Shown here: one piece after another, positions 1 to 11,195 of the stretch
Layout of the letters: each line of letters starts with the position of its first letter
Position numbering within the stretch: the first letter of the stretch is position 1
DNA from: an uncultured Gemmatimonadales bacterium
GTDB lineage: Bacteria; Gemmatimonadota; Gemmatimonadetes; Longimicrobiales; RSA9
Length of the DNA: 64,000 nt
NCBI GenBank assembly: GCA_963741945.1
Contig: CAVUKA010000001.1
Span: 992,001 to 1,056,000 of the forward strand
Direction: 5' to 3'
Program-made: the position numbers and the translations under genes
The notes under the pieces: model-generated
The model's input: the letters and a program-made list of their open reading frames with translations, nothing else
Told to the model about the DNA's origin: nothing
The model's database searches: none

Positions 1-2
1 AG

Positions 3-869
3 GACCCGCACAAGGGCGTGAACCCGGACGAGGTCGTGGCTGTCGGCGCCGCGATCCAGGGCGGCGTGCTGGCCGGAGACGTGAAGGACGTGCTGCTCCT
101 GGATGTCACGCCGCTGTCGCTGGGGATCGAGACGCTGGGCGGTGTCATGACCACGCTCATCCCGCGCAACACCACGATCCCCACGAAGAAGACGGAGACG
201 TTCTCGACGGCCGAGGACAACCAGACCACGGTGGAGATCCACGTGCTGCAGGGCGAGCGCCCGATGGCCGGAGACAACAAGACCATCGGCCGCTTCCAGC
301 TGACCGGCATCCCGCCGGCGCCGCGCGGCATGCCGCAGGTCGAGGTCACGTTCGACATCGACGCGAACGGGATTCTGCACGTGGCCGCGAAGGACAAGGC
401 CACGGGCAAGGAGCAGAAGATCCGGATCGAGGCGTCGAGCGGCCTGAGCGAGTCGGAGATCGACAAGATGGTCGAGGACGCCGAGTCGCACGCGTCCGAG
501 GACAAGTCGCGCAAGGAGAAGGTCGAAGCGCGCAATCAGCTGGACAGCCTGGTCTACCAGGTGGAGAAGGACGTGAGCGAGTGGGGCGACAAGGTCCCCT
601 CGGAGACGAAGCAGCGCATCGACTCGGCGCTGGAGCGCGCGAAGAAGGCGCTCAAGCAGGACGACCTTTCCGAGCTGAACGGGGCCAAGGACGAGCTGAT
701 GCAGGCGTTCAGCGCCGCCGGACAGCAGATGTACCAGGCGCAGCAGGGGGAGGCGGGCGCCGCCGGAGCAGGCGAAGCCGAGCCCGGCACCGCCGGACCC
801 GCGTCGGGCGCCGGTGAGGAGGAGGACGTCGTGGAAGCGGATTACGAGATCGTGGACGAGGAGAAGTAG
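3..869 (+). CDS. dnaK: Chaperone DnaK (Hsp70), C-terminal part; 5' end lies outside the window
   Basis: [47 protein letters not shown] and [14 protein letters not shown] are Hsp70 signatures; the frame is open from position 3. Confidence 0.98.
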   Translation, partial: DPHKGVNPDEVVAVGAAIQGGVLAGDVKDVLLLDVTPLSLGIETLGGVMTTLIPRNTTIPTKKTETFSTAEDNQTTVEIHVLQGERPMAGDNKTIGRFQLTGIPPAPRGMPQVEVTFDIDANGILHVAAKDKATGKEQKIRIEASSGLSESEIDKMVEDAESHASEDKSRKEKVEARNQLDSLVYQVEKDVSEWGDKVPSETKQRIDSALERAKKALKQDDLSELNGAKDELMQAFSAAGQQMYQAQQGEAGAAGAGEAEPGTAGPASGAGEEEDVVEADYEIVDEEK

Positions 870-897
870 GCGATTCGGGGTCCGCGGCAGGAAGCTT

Positions 898-940
898 GCC
901 CCGGGTGCGGTTCGGAAGACCGCCCCGGGGCGTTTCCGTT
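898..940 (+). terminator. Probable intrinsic terminator after dnaK
   Basis: GCCCCGGG(T)GCGGT-loop-ACCGCCCCGGGGC stem followed by GTTTCCGTT. Confidence 0.55.
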
Positions 941-954
941 GGCCCCGTTGATGC
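940..954 (+). promoter_or_regulatory. Possible sigma54 -24/-12 promoter for degP
   Basis: TGGCCC-CGTTG-ATGC, correct GG-N10-GC spacing; a TAGATT -10-like hexamer is also present at 972-977. Confidence 0.35.
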
Positions 955-1002
955 GATGCCGCTCCCTGCGGTAGATTCCGTGTGTACCCCCTGAGAGAGC
1001 CC

Positions 1003-2595
1003 ATGCCTCCGACTCGCCCGACCGTCCGACTCCTCACCTTCACCACGCTGGCTTTCCTGTGTGGCGCCGCCTCCAGTGCGCGGGTGCCGGTGGCGCCCAG
1101 CGCGTCGCCCGCGCTGGCGGAGCCGTACCGGCTGGTTGACCTGCCGCAGGAAACGGAGACGCCCGTGCCGCCGGCGTCGAGCCGACCACAGGCGGCTGCG
1201 TCGACGATGGAAGCGGGACAGGCACGGTCGTTCAGTCGAGCGTTCGCGGACGTGGCGGCGGCCGTGACACCGGCCGTTGTGCGGATCCAGGCGGAGCGCT
1301 CGCTGGAGGATGCGCACCCGGGACTGCGCGACCGGCTCCGGGACATGCTGGATCGGCTGCCCGAGGGGCATCCGGACCCGGAGCTCTATCCTGAGATCGC
1401 GGGGGGCACCGGCATTCTGGTGTCACCGGACGGGCTGGTGCTGACGAACAACCACGTGATCGGGGACGCGAACCGGATCACGGTGACGCTGGCGGACAAG
1501 CGCGTGTTCGATGCCACTGTGGTCGGCAGCGACCCCACCACGGACGTGGCGCTGATCCGCATCCACGCCTCGGACCTGCCGGTGGCCCGGCTGGGGGACT
1601 CGGATGCCGTCCGCGTCGGCGAGTGGGTACTTGCCGTAGGGAATCCAGGGTTCCAGCAGGCCAGCACCCTGGACTTCACCGTCACGGGCGGGATCATCAG
1701 CGCGAAGGGGCGTCCGCTCGACATCATCCGCCAGGAGCTGTTCGACCAGAACGCGGCCGCGGCGGCGTACGCCATCGAAGACTTCATCCAGACCGACGCA
1801 GCCATCAACCCGGGAAACAGCGGCGGCCCGCTGGTGGACCTCGATGGTCGGGTGATCGGCATCAACACGGCCATTGCCAGCGTTTCCGGCTACAACGAGG
1901 GCTACGGGTTCGCGGTCCCCATCAACATGGCCAAGCGCGTGATGCACGACCTGCTCGAGCATGGCCGCGTGCGTCGCCCGCTCCTGGGCATCAGCATCCA
2001 GGCCGTCTCCCCGGAGGATGCCGATGTCTACGGCCTCCCTCGCATTGCCGGCGTCCTGGTCGAGGACTTCGCCGACCAGTCTCCGGCCGAGGAGGCGGGA
2101 ATCCGGCGGAACGACGTCATCGTGGCCGTGGACGGCACCACGGTGGAGCGGCTCGGGCAGTTCCAGCGACTGATCGCCGCCCACCAACCCGGGGAGATGG
2201 TGGGAGTGGATGTCATCCGCTACGGCGAGGCGAGGAATTTCTCCGTCCGACTGACGGAAGCGAGCATGGGCGCGCGGGCCGTGGTCCACACGAGCCCACC
2301 ACCGCCCGTGACCGGTCTCGGGATCGAAGTGGTCGACCTCACGGCGGCACTGGCGAGACAGGAGCGGTTCCGGCGCGCCGGCGGTGCGCTGATCTCGTCG
2401 GTGGCCCCGGCCAGCGCCGCCATGCGCAAGGGGATCGAGCCGGGCCTGCTGATCCGGGAGATCAATCGCGAGAGCGTGAGCTCGGCCGACGAAGCGGATC
2501 GCATGCTGCGCGCCCTGCCGTCCGGCTCCATCGCTTCACTCCTGCTGCAAGCCAGCGATGGAGGGACGCTGATTCGCAACGTGCGGGTACCCTGA
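1003..2595 (+). CDS. degP: HtrA/DegP-family periplasmic serine protease with two PDZ domains
   Basis: TNNHV (His), D-x-A-L (Asp), FIQTDAAINPGNSGGPL (Ser); N-terminal signal-like segment; alternative GTG start at 982. Confidence 0.93.
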   Translation: MPPTRPTVRLLTFTTLAFLCGAASSARVPVAPSASPALAEPYRLVDLPQETETPVPPASSRPQAAASTMEAGQARSFSRAFADVAAAVTPAVVRIQAERSLEDAHPGLRDRLRDMLDRLPEGHPDPELYPEIAGGTGILVSPDGLVLTNNHVIGDANRITVTLADKRVFDATVVGSDPTTDVALIRIHASDLPVARLGDSDAVRVGEWVLAVGNPGFQQASTLDFTVTGGIISAKGRPLDIIRQELFDQNAAAAAYAIEDFIQTDAAINPGNSGGPLVDLDGRVIGINTAIASVSGYNEGYGFAVPINMAKRVMHDLLEHGRVRRPLLGISIQAVSPEDADVYGLPRIAGVLVEDFADQSPAEEAGIRRNDVIVAVDGTTVERLGQFQRLIAAHQPGEMVGVDVIRYGEARNFSVRLTEASMGARAVVHTSPPPPVTGLGIEVVDLTAALARQERFRRAGGALISSVAPASAAMRKGIEPGLLIREINRESVSSADEADRMLRALPSGSIASLLLQASDGGTLIRNVRVP

Positions 2596-2639
2596 CCGCG
2601 GACGACGCGCGAAAGCGCGTGTTTCCGCGAAAGATTTGG

Positions 2640-2668
2640 TTGATTGCCATTCCCGCCGCGGTTACATT
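2640..2668 (+). promoter_or_regulatory. Sigma70 promoter for tRNA-Leu/tig-clpPX
   Basis: TTGATT (2640-2645), 17-bp spacer, TACATT (2663-2668), about 15 nt upstream of the tRNA. Confidence 0.7.
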
Positions 2669-2683
2669 TTCATGCTCGTCGGG

Positions 2684-2765
2684 GCGAAAGTGGCGGAACT
2701 GGTAGACGCGCGAGATTTAGGATCTCGTGGGCTCGCCCGTGGGGGTTCGAGTCCCCCCTTTCGCA
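2684..2765 (+). tRNA. tRNA-Leu, anticodon TAG; CCA not encoded
   Basis: Acceptor stem GCGAAAG/CTTTCGC, D-arm TGGCGGAACTGGTAGACGC, anticodon arm CGAGA-TTTAGGA-TCTCG, long variable arm, GGTTCGAGTCC T-arm. Confidence 0.96.
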
Positions 2766-2798
2766 TCGGAGCCCTATCACGCACGAAAGAAGCGACAG

Positions 2799-4046
2799 GT
2801 GAAAATAGACGTGGAGAAGCCGGCCGACTGGCAGCGCCGGCTCAAAATCACGGTCCCCGCGGAGCGGGTGGACCAGGAACGGCGTGAAGTGGCGACGCAG
2901 ATCGCGAAGCGGGTCCGGCTTCCGGGGTTCCGGAAAGGCAAGGTTCCCGGCTCCGTGGTGGAGCGGCACTACAGCGCGTCCATCGACCAGCAGACCATCG
3001 AGCGTGTGGTCAATGAAGCCTATCAGGAAGCGCTCAAGGAGCAGGGCTTCGATCCGATCTCCCAGGCGTCCGTCGAGAACGTCTCGTACGAGCCCGGCTC
3101 GGAAATGTCGTTCGACGTGGCGTTCGAGGTCCGCCCCGAGATCTCGCTGGAGCGGCTCGGCGGCTTCACCCTCAAGCAGCCGCCGGTAGTGGTCGGGGAC
3201 GAGGACGTGCAGCGCGTCCTGACACGGCTGCAGGACCAGAACGCGACGTGGAGCCGACTGGAGGAGGGAAAGCCGGCCGAAGGTGATCGCGTGGAGGTGG
3301 AGATCACACCGCTTCAGGGCGAGAGCGAGGCGGAGCCGGAGCCGCGGAAGTACGAAGTGGTTCTGGGCGCGGGTGAGATCCTGGAAGAGATCGATCAGGC
3401 CATCCGGACGCTGGAGGCAGGGGGCGAGGGCGACTTCAAGATCGCGCTTCCGCGGGCCGAAGAAGAGGGAGAGAAGGACGAGCACGAAATCCATCTGAAG
3501 CTGCTGTCGGCGGAGCGGCCCGAGCGGCCGGAGATGGATGACGCGTTCGCGAAGGAGGTGGGCGGCTTCGACACGATGGAGGAGCTGACGCAGACGGTCC
3601 GGAGCGACCTGGAGCAGGAAGCCACGCGGGAATCGGAGCGGGACCTTCGTCGCCAGCTGATGCAGCAGGTGCTCGAGGCGAACCCGTTCGAGGCCCCGCC
3701 TTCTCTCATCGACCAGTACCTCGACGGTCTGCTCCAGGCGCCGGAGGGGACGGACCCGGGCGAGATGGAGCAGGCAAAGCAGCAGATGCGGCCGGCTGCG
3801 GAGTACGGGGTGCGCCGGATGATGGTGCTGGACCGCGTCGCCGAGCTGGAGAACCTGAGCGCGACGCAGAACGACCTGGACGCGCGGGTGCAGGAGATCG
3901 CGAGCTCCAACGACATGGAGCCCGCGGAAGTGCGGCGCCAGCTCGCGCGCTCGGGCCGCCTTGAGGCCCTCGCCCGCGACCTGACCGAGGAGCGGGTGTT
4001 CGACTACTTGAAATCGTTATCAACGATCGAAAGGGACGGCGCATAG
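2799..4046 (+). CDS. tig: Trigger factor
   Basis: Ribosome-binding signature [14 protein letters not shown]-like middle domain; lies upstream of clpP-clpX. Start placed at GTG 2799 because the longer ORF overlaps the tRNA. Confidence 0.95.
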   Translation: MKIDVEKPADWQRRLKITVPAERVDQERREVATQIAKRVRLPGFRKGKVPGSVVERHYSASIDQQTIERVVNEAYQEALKEQGFDPISQASVENVSYEPGSEMSFDVAFEVRPEISLERLGGFTLKQPPVVVGDEDVQRVLTRLQDQNATWSRLEEGKPAEGDRVEVEITPLQGESEAEPEPRKYEVVLGAGEILEEIDQAIRTLEAGGEGDFKIALPRAEEEGEKDEHEIHLKLLSAERPERPEMDDAFAKEVGGFDTMEELTQTVRSDLEQEATRESERDLRRQLMQQVLEANPFEAPPSLIDQYLDGLLQAPEGTDPGEMEQAKQQMRPAAEYGVRRMMVLDRVAELENLSATQNDLDARVQEIASSNDMEPAEVRRQLARSGRLEALARDLTEERVFDYLKSLSTIERDGA

Positions 4047-4673
4047 ATGCCAGTGTATCCGCCATACGTCATCGAGCGGACCAGCCGGGGCGAGCGCAGT
4101 TATGACATCTTCAGCCGGCTGCTCATGGACCGGATCATCTTCCTGGGGACGCCGATCAACGACGACGTCGCCAATCTGGTGATCGCCCAGCTCCTGTTCC
4201 TGCAGGCGGATGACCCCGAACGGGACATCTTCCTGTACATCAATTCGCCGGGCGGATCGGTGTACGCCGGACTGGCGATCTACGACACGATCCAGTACAT
4301 GACCGCGCCGGTGAACACGATGTGCATGGGGATGGCAGCGTCCATGGGCGCGCTGCTCCTGGCGGCCGGGGCGGAGGGGAAGCGGAGCGCGCTGCCAAAC
4401 TCCCGGATCATGATCCATCAGCCGTCGGGCGGCAGCCAGGGAACGGCGGCGGACATCGAGATCCAGGCGCGAGAGATCATCTACGCCCGGGAGCGACTGA
4501 ACGAGATCCTGGCCCGCCACACTGGGCAGACGGAAGAGCAGATCGCGATGGATGTGGACCGCGACCGATTCATGAGCCCCGTGGAGGCGCAGGAGTACGG
4601 GCTGATCGATAACGTCGTGACGAACCAGAAAGAGGTCGTGGCGGTAGCAGAAGGTGTGCAACCGGCCGACTGA
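4047..4673 (+). CDS. clpP: ATP-dependent Clp protease proteolytic subunit
   Basis: [27 protein letters not shown] (catalytic Ser), RIMIHQP (His). Confidence 0.98.
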   Translation: MPVYPPYVIERTSRGERSYDIFSRLLMDRIIFLGTPINDDVANLVIAQLLFLQADDPERDIFLYINSPGGSVYAGLAIYDTIQYMTAPVNTMCMGMAASMGALLLAAGAEGKRSALPNSRIMIHQPSGGSQGTAADIEIQAREIIYARERLNEILARHTGQTEEQIAMDVDRDRFMSPVEAQEYGLIDNVVTNQKEVVAVAEGVQPAD

Positions 4674-4690
4674 CGAGCTACGGGGAAGCC

Positions 4691-5929
<1,239 letters not shown>

Positions 5930-5939
5930 GGCCGCCAGC

Positions 5940-6566
5940 GTGAAGATCCGGTCGGTGGAATTCGTCGGCGCCGTTGCCAGCCCGGATGCCGCTCTGCCGG
6001 AAGGCGGGCTGCCCGAGATCGCTTTCTCCGGCCGGTCCAACGTGGGGAAATCCAGCCTGATCAACCGCCTGCTCGGCCGCACTCGCACGCCGGTGGCGCG
6101 CGTCTCCGGCACGCCCGGGAAGACGCGGGAGGTCAACTTCTACAAGGTCGACGCCCTGCCATCCAGCGCAGAGGAGCCGCTGGATTTCTTCCTGGTGGAC
6201 CTTCCCGGCTACGGCTACGCCCGTGTACCGCGCGAGCACAGGGGTGCGTGGAAGCCGCTGGTGGAAGGGTATCTCGGAAGGTCCGGCGATCTCCGCGGCG
6301 TGGTCCAGCTGGTGGACGCGCGGCACGGCCCCACGCGGGACGACCACCAGATGCTGGAGTATCTTGCCGGCCTGGCAACGCCCGTTCTGGTGGTCCTCAC
6401 GAAAGTCGACAAGCTCAAGCAGGGCCAGCGGAAGGAAAACTTCCGCGCCATCTCTTCGGAGCTCCAACTCGACATGGAACAGATCGTCCCGTTCTCGGCC
6501 GTTTCCGGGGAAGGCCGCGACGAGCTCATCGCCGCTGTGGAAGGACTCCTCCTGGCGGACGCGTGA
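5940..6566 (+). CDS. engB: Ribosome biogenesis GTPase EngB (YihA/YsxC)
   Basis: [26 protein letters not shown] motifs; follows clpX. Confidence 0.95.
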   Translation: MKIRSVEFVGAVASPDAALPEGGLPEIAFSGRSNVGKSSLINRLLGRTRTPVARVSGTPGKTREVNFYKVDALPSSAEEPLDFFLVDLPGYGYARVPREHRGAWKPLVEGYLGRSGDLRGVVQLVDARHGPTRDDHQMLEYLAGLATPVLVVLTKVDKLKQGQRKENFRAISSELQLDMEQIVPFSAVSGEGRDELIAAVEGLLLADA

Positions 6567-7231
6567 GCGCGCGCGTGGAACGGCTCGCGTTGCTCGCCGT
6601 GGCCGGGGTGGGCTGGTTCGGATGCACCCCTGTGCCCCAGCCCCGCCCGGGCGCCCCGGCCGTTCGCCCGGCCGACATCGGCAGCGTCCCGGCGGACACT
6701 GCCCACGCGCTGCCACCGCCCGGCTACGGCAGCCTGCGGCAGGACGAGTTCTCGATGTCGCTCACTGACGGGCCACTCAGCCTGAAAGTGACACCGCTGG
6801 CGGAATCGGTGATCCGGCTGGCTGCGCCCGACACGTACGAGCGGCTGCATGCGCTGGCCTCGAGCCGCTCGGCGGAGGGCGACAGGGCGGCGGATGGAGT
6901 GGCTCCCGCCCTTTTCCTGGTATCGTTCTTCAGCAGGCAGCCGAACACGGAATACCGCCCTGAGGAGCTCCGGCTCACGCACCGGGGCAGAACGCTCCGG
7001 CCGGCGGCGATCCTGCCGCTGACGAGCGGCTGGGGGCGGCAGCTGCTGCAGCCGCAGGCGACGCAGAGCGCCATCTACGTCTTCGACGCCCCGTTCGACT
7101 ACGCCCTCCCCATCACACTCCGCTACGGCCTGCGGCAGAGCGAGGACTGGTACCAGCAGGTGATCCCGCGTCTGGAGGAGGAGCGAACCAGAGTGGAGTC
7201 GAGGGCCAGCGCCTGGCGGCCTCGCCCCTGA
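6563..7231 (+). CDS. Hypothetical lipoprotein
   Basis: GTG start overlaps the engB stop (GTGA); hydrophobic leader ending WFG-C; no family recognised. Confidence 0.7.
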   Translation: MSARVERLALLAVAGVGWFGCTPVPQPRPGAPAVRPADIGSVPADTAHALPPPGYGSLRQDEFSMSLTDGPLSLKVTPLAESVIRLAAPDTYERLHALASSRSAEGDRAADGVAPALFLVSFFSRQPNTEYRPEELRLTHRGRTLRPAAILPLTSGWGRQLLQPQATQSAIYVFDAPFDYALPITLRYGLRQSEDWYQQVIPRLEEERTRVESRASAWRPRP

Positions 7232-7251
7232 GCTGAAGCTGCCGCGCGGCG

Positions 7252-7992
7252 TCAGCGCCTGAGCACGTCCACCACGATCCTCCCCGGGTCCTCCAGGGTG
7301 AACGCGCGGAACGGTCGACGAGCGGCCAGACCGAGCACCCACGCGACTTCGCCTTCGAAGTCGCAGGTCAGACGCGCGGCCTTGATGACGGGGAGCCGCG
7401 GCGCCCGCTCGCGGTCTCTCACGGTGGCGACCCCGGTGGAATCGTGCGCCGCCGCCTGGCGCAGCTCGATCACCAGCGCGGCCGCCCCGGGCATTTCAAC
7501 AGGTGCGCCGGAGCCGCACTCGCGCGGCCGCCCCGCGGCGTAATGGATGGTGTAGCCCGGGAGCGGTCCGGCCTGGAACTCCAGCACGAAGCGATCGAAT
7601 CGCCCGTGCCGGGCGGCGCGTGCGGCAGTGAGGATGGCCTGACCGGCGGGGGCGGGGCGGCTGACGGACCGCTCGGCCCAGCTTTCGGGCGGGAATGTGG
7701 TGTCCGGCGCAGGCGAGGAAGGCGGAGGCGCGACGGGGGCGGACGGTGCGGCGCCGCCGCCGGAATCCGGAGCGGTTGGCGAGCCTGCGGCCCCGGTGTC
7801 GCGCGGTGCAGAGGGCGTGGCGGCGGAGCTGGTGTCGGGGGTCGGCGCGGGGTTGACTGGGGCGGCGGTATCCCGCGCACCGCCTTCTGCGGGCGTATTC
7901 CCGTCCCCTCCCCCTGCGTTGCACCCGAGCGCGGCGAGCAGGAGCAGTGCAGCAGCGCGAGCGAGGGCGGGACGTGGAAGGGTAGCCATCAC
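7252..7992 (-). CDS. Lipoprotein with Pro/Ala-rich linker and AMIN-like C-terminal domain
   Basis: Lipobox ALG-C; C-terminal HGRFDRFVLEF...DFEG...W-LGL...PGRIVVDV pattern. Confidence 0.7.
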   Translation of the reverse strand: MMATLPRPALARAAALLLLAALGCNAGGGDGNTPAEGGARDTAAPVNPAPTPDTSSAATPSAPRDTGAAGSPTAPDSGGGAAPSAPVAPPPSSPAPDTTFPPESWAERSVSRPAPAGQAILTAARAARHGRFDRFVLEFQAGPLPGYTIHYAAGRPRECGSGAPVEMPGAAALVIELRQAAAHDSTGVATVRDRERAPRLPVIKAARLTCDFEGEVAWVLGLAARRPFRAFTLEDPGRIVVDVLRR

Positions 7993-9575
7993 AGGGGGAT
8001 CTCGTATTCCTTGATCTTCCGGTAGAGTGTCCGCTCGCCGATCCCGAGCTTTTCGGCGGCTTCGCGGCGGTTCCCGGCTGTCTCCTTGAGGGCGGCGGTG
8101 ATCGCTTCGCGCTCCAGGTCGCCCATGGTCATGCCGGGACGATACACCACCACGCGCTCGTCTTCCAGCTCCTCGCTCCCGTCGTCCGACAGCTCCGGGT
8201 CGTCCACGGGCGACACGTCCCGCCCTGCGGGCGCGGCGGCGCGCGGGTACGGATACGGCAGCGCGAGGCGTGCCGGGTCGAGCGCGTGCTGCTCGCGGTA
8301 CTCATCGAAGCCGCGCTTCAGGTCCTCCACGTCCATGCGGAGCTGGAGGAGCATGCGGAAGATGAATTCGAGGGCCGGGCGCGTGCCGTCGTCGCCCTCC
8401 TGCCCGCCCCCTTCCCGTGGCCGCGGCAGCGACGGCGCGGGGAGGAGCCGCGTGCCGCCACCTTTGATCGATGGTGGAATGTCGGCCGGGGTGATGGTGC
8501 GGCCGGGCATCATGACGACCACGGACTCGATGAGGTTGCGCAGCTCCCGGATGTTGCCGGGCCAGTCATGCTCGATGAGGAGGGTCATGGCCTCCGGGCT
8601 GATCTCCACGGGAGCCAGGTCGTGCTCGCTGGCCATGGCGCGGATGAACTCGTCCACCAGGAGCGGGATGTCCTCCCTGCGCTCGCGGAGCGGCGGGAGG
8701 TCGATATGGAGGACGTTCAGCCGGTAGTAGAGGTCGCGACGGAACCCGCCCGTCTCGACGAGATGGCGAAGCGGCTGGTTCGTGGCGGCGATCACGCGCA
8801 CGTCCACGCGGATCGGCTGCTCTCCGCCCACCCGCATGAACTCCCGCTGCTCGAGAATGCGGAGCAGCTTGGTCTGCGTGGCGAGCGGCATCTCCCCGAT
8901 CTCGTCCAGGAACAGTGAGCCCCGGTCGGCCAGCTCGAAGAACCCTTTCCGCTGCGCCACCGCGCCGGTGAACGCCCCCTTCTCGTGGCCGAACAGCTCC
9001 GACTCCAGGAGTGTGTCGGGCAGCGCGGCCACGTTGGCCGCGATGAAGGGCCGGTGGCGGCGAGCGGACAGGACGTGGATGCCGCGGGCGACCAGCTCCT
9101 TGCCGGTGCCGCTCTCTCCGGTGATCAGGACGTTCGAGTTCACCGGCGCCATCTGCGTGATCCGTTCGAGGACCTCCTCGACGGCATCCGACTGGCCCAC
9201 GATGCCCGTGAGGGCCCGCAAGCGCCGACGCTCGATCATTCGCCTTCCCGCGAGCGCCACCTCCTCGGGATCGATCGGCTTGAGGAAGGTCTCGACCACG
9301 CCGAGACGGGCCCGGAGCGACGGGGGCGCCTCCTCTTCGGATGCGGCCAGGGCAATGACCGGGAGGCGGTCGAGGGCCGCGGCCTCGGCGGCGAGGCGGC
9401 GCGCGCGTCGGGTGTCCAGGCCACCGGTCAGGATGAGCAGCGCGGGCTCCTCCACGTCCGCGACCTCTTCGGAGGGCGTGAGGAGCTCGACGGCCAGCTT
9501 GTGCCCGGCAAACGCGTCACGCAGCCGGACGGCCGGCTCGAGGTCGTTGGTGGTGATCAGGACGCGCTCAGCCAT
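7989..9575 (-). CDS. Sigma54-dependent enhancer-binding protein with degenerate receiver domain
   Basis: [40 protein letters not shown]-terminal Fis-type HTH; start MAERVL at 9575. Confidence 0.92.
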   Translation of the reverse strand: MAERVLITTNDLEPAVRLRDAFAGHKLAVELLTPSEEVADVEEPALLILTGGLDTRRARRLAAEAAALDRLPVIALAASEEEAPPSLRARLGVVETFLKPIDPEEVALAGRRMIERRRLRALTGIVGQSDAVEEVLERITQMAPVNSNVLITGESGTGKELVARGIHVLSARRHRPFIAANVAALPDTLLESELFGHEKGAFTGAVAQRKGFFELADRGSLFLDEIGEMPLATQTKLLRILEQREFMRVGGEQPIRVDVRVIAATNQPLRHLVETGGFRRDLYYRLNVLHIDLPPLRERREDIPLLVDEFIRAMASEHDLAPVEISPEAMTLLIEHDWPGNIRELRNLIESVVVMMPGRTITPADIPPSIKGGGTRLLPAPSLPRPREGGGQEGDDGTRPALEFIFRMLLQLRMDVEDLKRGFDEYREQHALDPARLALPYPYPRAAAPAGRDVSPVDDPELSDDGSEELEDERVVVYRPGMTMGDLEREAITAALKETAGNRREAAEKLGIGERTLYRKIKEYEIPL

Positions 9576-10071
9576 GATGCGGGTGCATATGGGTGTCCGT
9601 GCCACGCACGAGCTGGACCGCGTGCTCGATGATCCGGTCGAGAACGCGCAGGCCATCACCCACACCTGACGGGCTGCCCGGCAGATTGACGATGATGGTG
9701 CCGCCGCGGATCCCTGCCAGGCCGCGGGAAAGCCACGCCGCCGGCGTATGTGCAGCGCCTTCGAGGCGAATGGCCTCGGCGAGCCCCGGGGCTTCGCGCT
9801 CGATGACGGCACGGGTGGCCTCCGGCGTGGTATCCCGGGCCGTGAAGCCGGTGCCCCCCGTGGTCAGGACCAGGTCGACCCGGGCTTCGTCCGCCAGCGC
9901 CTCCAGGTGCGCCCGCACCACTGCGGGCTCGTCCGGGACCACTTCCGTCCGCACCAGCGCATGGCCGCGCTCCGCGGCCCAGTGGGCGATGGCCGCTCCG
10001 CTCGTATCCTCCCGATCGCCGCGGGTCGCGGCGTCGGACACCGTCAGGATGGCCAGGCGGAGCGGGACCAT
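9568..10071 (-). CDS. moaB: Molybdopterin adenylyltransferase MogA/MoaB family
   Basis: LTVSD...DTSG, VPDE, TTGGTG...RDTTPEAT, SRG.AGIRG, NLPGSP. Confidence 0.9.
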   Translation of the reverse strand: MVPLRLAILTVSDAATRGDREDTSGAAIAHWAAERGHALVRTEVVPDEPAVVRAHLEALADEARVDLVLTTGGTGFTARDTTPEATRAVIEREAPGLAEAIRLEGAAHTPAAWLSRGLAGIRGGTIIVNLPGSPSGVGDGLRVLDRIIEHAVQLVRGTDTHMHPHHG

Positions 10072-10082
10072 CGCGGCCGGCG

Positions 10083-11195
10083 TCAGCGCCGCACCGACCC
10101 TTCCATGTAGAACGGCGGCCGCACGACCTCGGCGGGGATCGCTCGATCGCGAATCACGATCTCGATCCGGGTGCCCGGCTTGGCAGCCTCGACGGGGACG
10201 TACGCCATCCCCACGCCCTTGCCAGTGGAGTGGCTGAGTACTCCGCTGGTGACCTCACCGGCCGGCTCACCGTTGTATCGAACCTCGTAGTGCTGGCGGG
10301 GGAAGCCTTTCTCCTGGAGCACGAATCCCACCAGCTTCTCCGTCAGCCCCTGCTCCTTCTGCTGCTTCAGGGCATCACGGCCGATGAAGTCGTCCCCGTC
10401 GAGCTTCACCACCCAGCCGAGGCCGGCCTCCAGCGGCGTGCGGCGCTCGTCCAGGTCGTTGCCGTACAGGATGTAGCCCACCTCGAGGCGCAGCGAGTCC
10501 CGGGCACCGAGCCCGGCCGGAATGAGCCCGTCCTCCTCGCCGGCGGCGAGAAGCTCCCGCCAGACGTGGGCGGTGTCGCCCTCATCGAGGTAGAGCTCGA
10601 AGCCGTCCTCGCCCGTGTAGCCGGTGCGGCTGATGATGGCGTTCTTCCCCGCCACCGAGCCGGGCCCGAAATGGTAGAAACGGATCCCGTCCAGGTCCGC
10701 ATCGGTGAGCTTCGCCAGGATCTGCTGCGCCTCGGGGCCCTGCAGGGCGATGAGCCCCACCTGGTCGGAGATATCCCTGAACACGACGTCGTAACCCTTG
10801 GCGGCCGTCTCGAACCAGGCGCGGTCCTTCTCCAGGTTGGCGGCGTTGACCACGACCATCCAGTGGTCCGGGAACCGGTAGACGATGCAATCGTCGAGCG
10901 CGAAGCCGTCGGGATTGCAGATGACGTTGTACTGCGCCTGTCCTGGAGTCATGCGCAGCGTGTCGTTCGTCACCATGTGGCGGACGAACGCGTCCGCTTC
11001 CGGCCCCCGTATGTCGAATTCGCCCATGTGCGACACATCGAACAGACCCGCGTCGTTGCGGACGGCGTTGTGCTCCCTGACGATCCCCGTGGGATACTGA
11101 ACGGGCATCGCATAGCCCGCGAACGGGACCAGCTTTCCACCGAGGGCGACGTGCTCCTCGTGGAGCGGTGTATGCTTCAGCGCTTCTTCAGCCAT
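10083..11195 (-). CDS. gcvT: Glycine cleavage system aminomethyltransferase T
   Basis: TPLHEEH...PFAGY.MP, GLFDVSHMGE, SRTGYTGEDGFE, GLGARDSLRLE. Confidence 0.97.
   Translation of the reverse strand: MAEEALKHTPLHEEHVALGGKLVPFAGYAMPVQYPTGIVREHNAVRNDAGLFDVSHMGEFDIRGPEADAFVRHMVTNDTLRMTPGQAQYNVICNPDGFALDDCIVYRFPDHWMVVVNAANLEKDRAWFETAAKGYDVVFRDISDQVGLIALQGPEAQQILAKLTDADLDGIRFYHFGPGSVAGKNAIISRTGYTGEDGFELYLDEGDTAHVWRELLAAGEEDGLIPAGLGARDSLRLEVGYILYGNDLDERRTPLEAGLGWVVKLDGDDFIGRDALKQQKEQGLTEKLVGFVLQEKGFPRQHYEVRYNGEPAGEVTSGVLSHSTGKGVGMAYVPVEAAKPGTRIEIVIRDRAIPAEVVRPPFYMEGSVRR

Noticed and set aside
2684-2798. tRNA-Leu as an integration site
   Set aside because: It is followed directly by tig; no duplicated tRNA 3' end or integrase was seen
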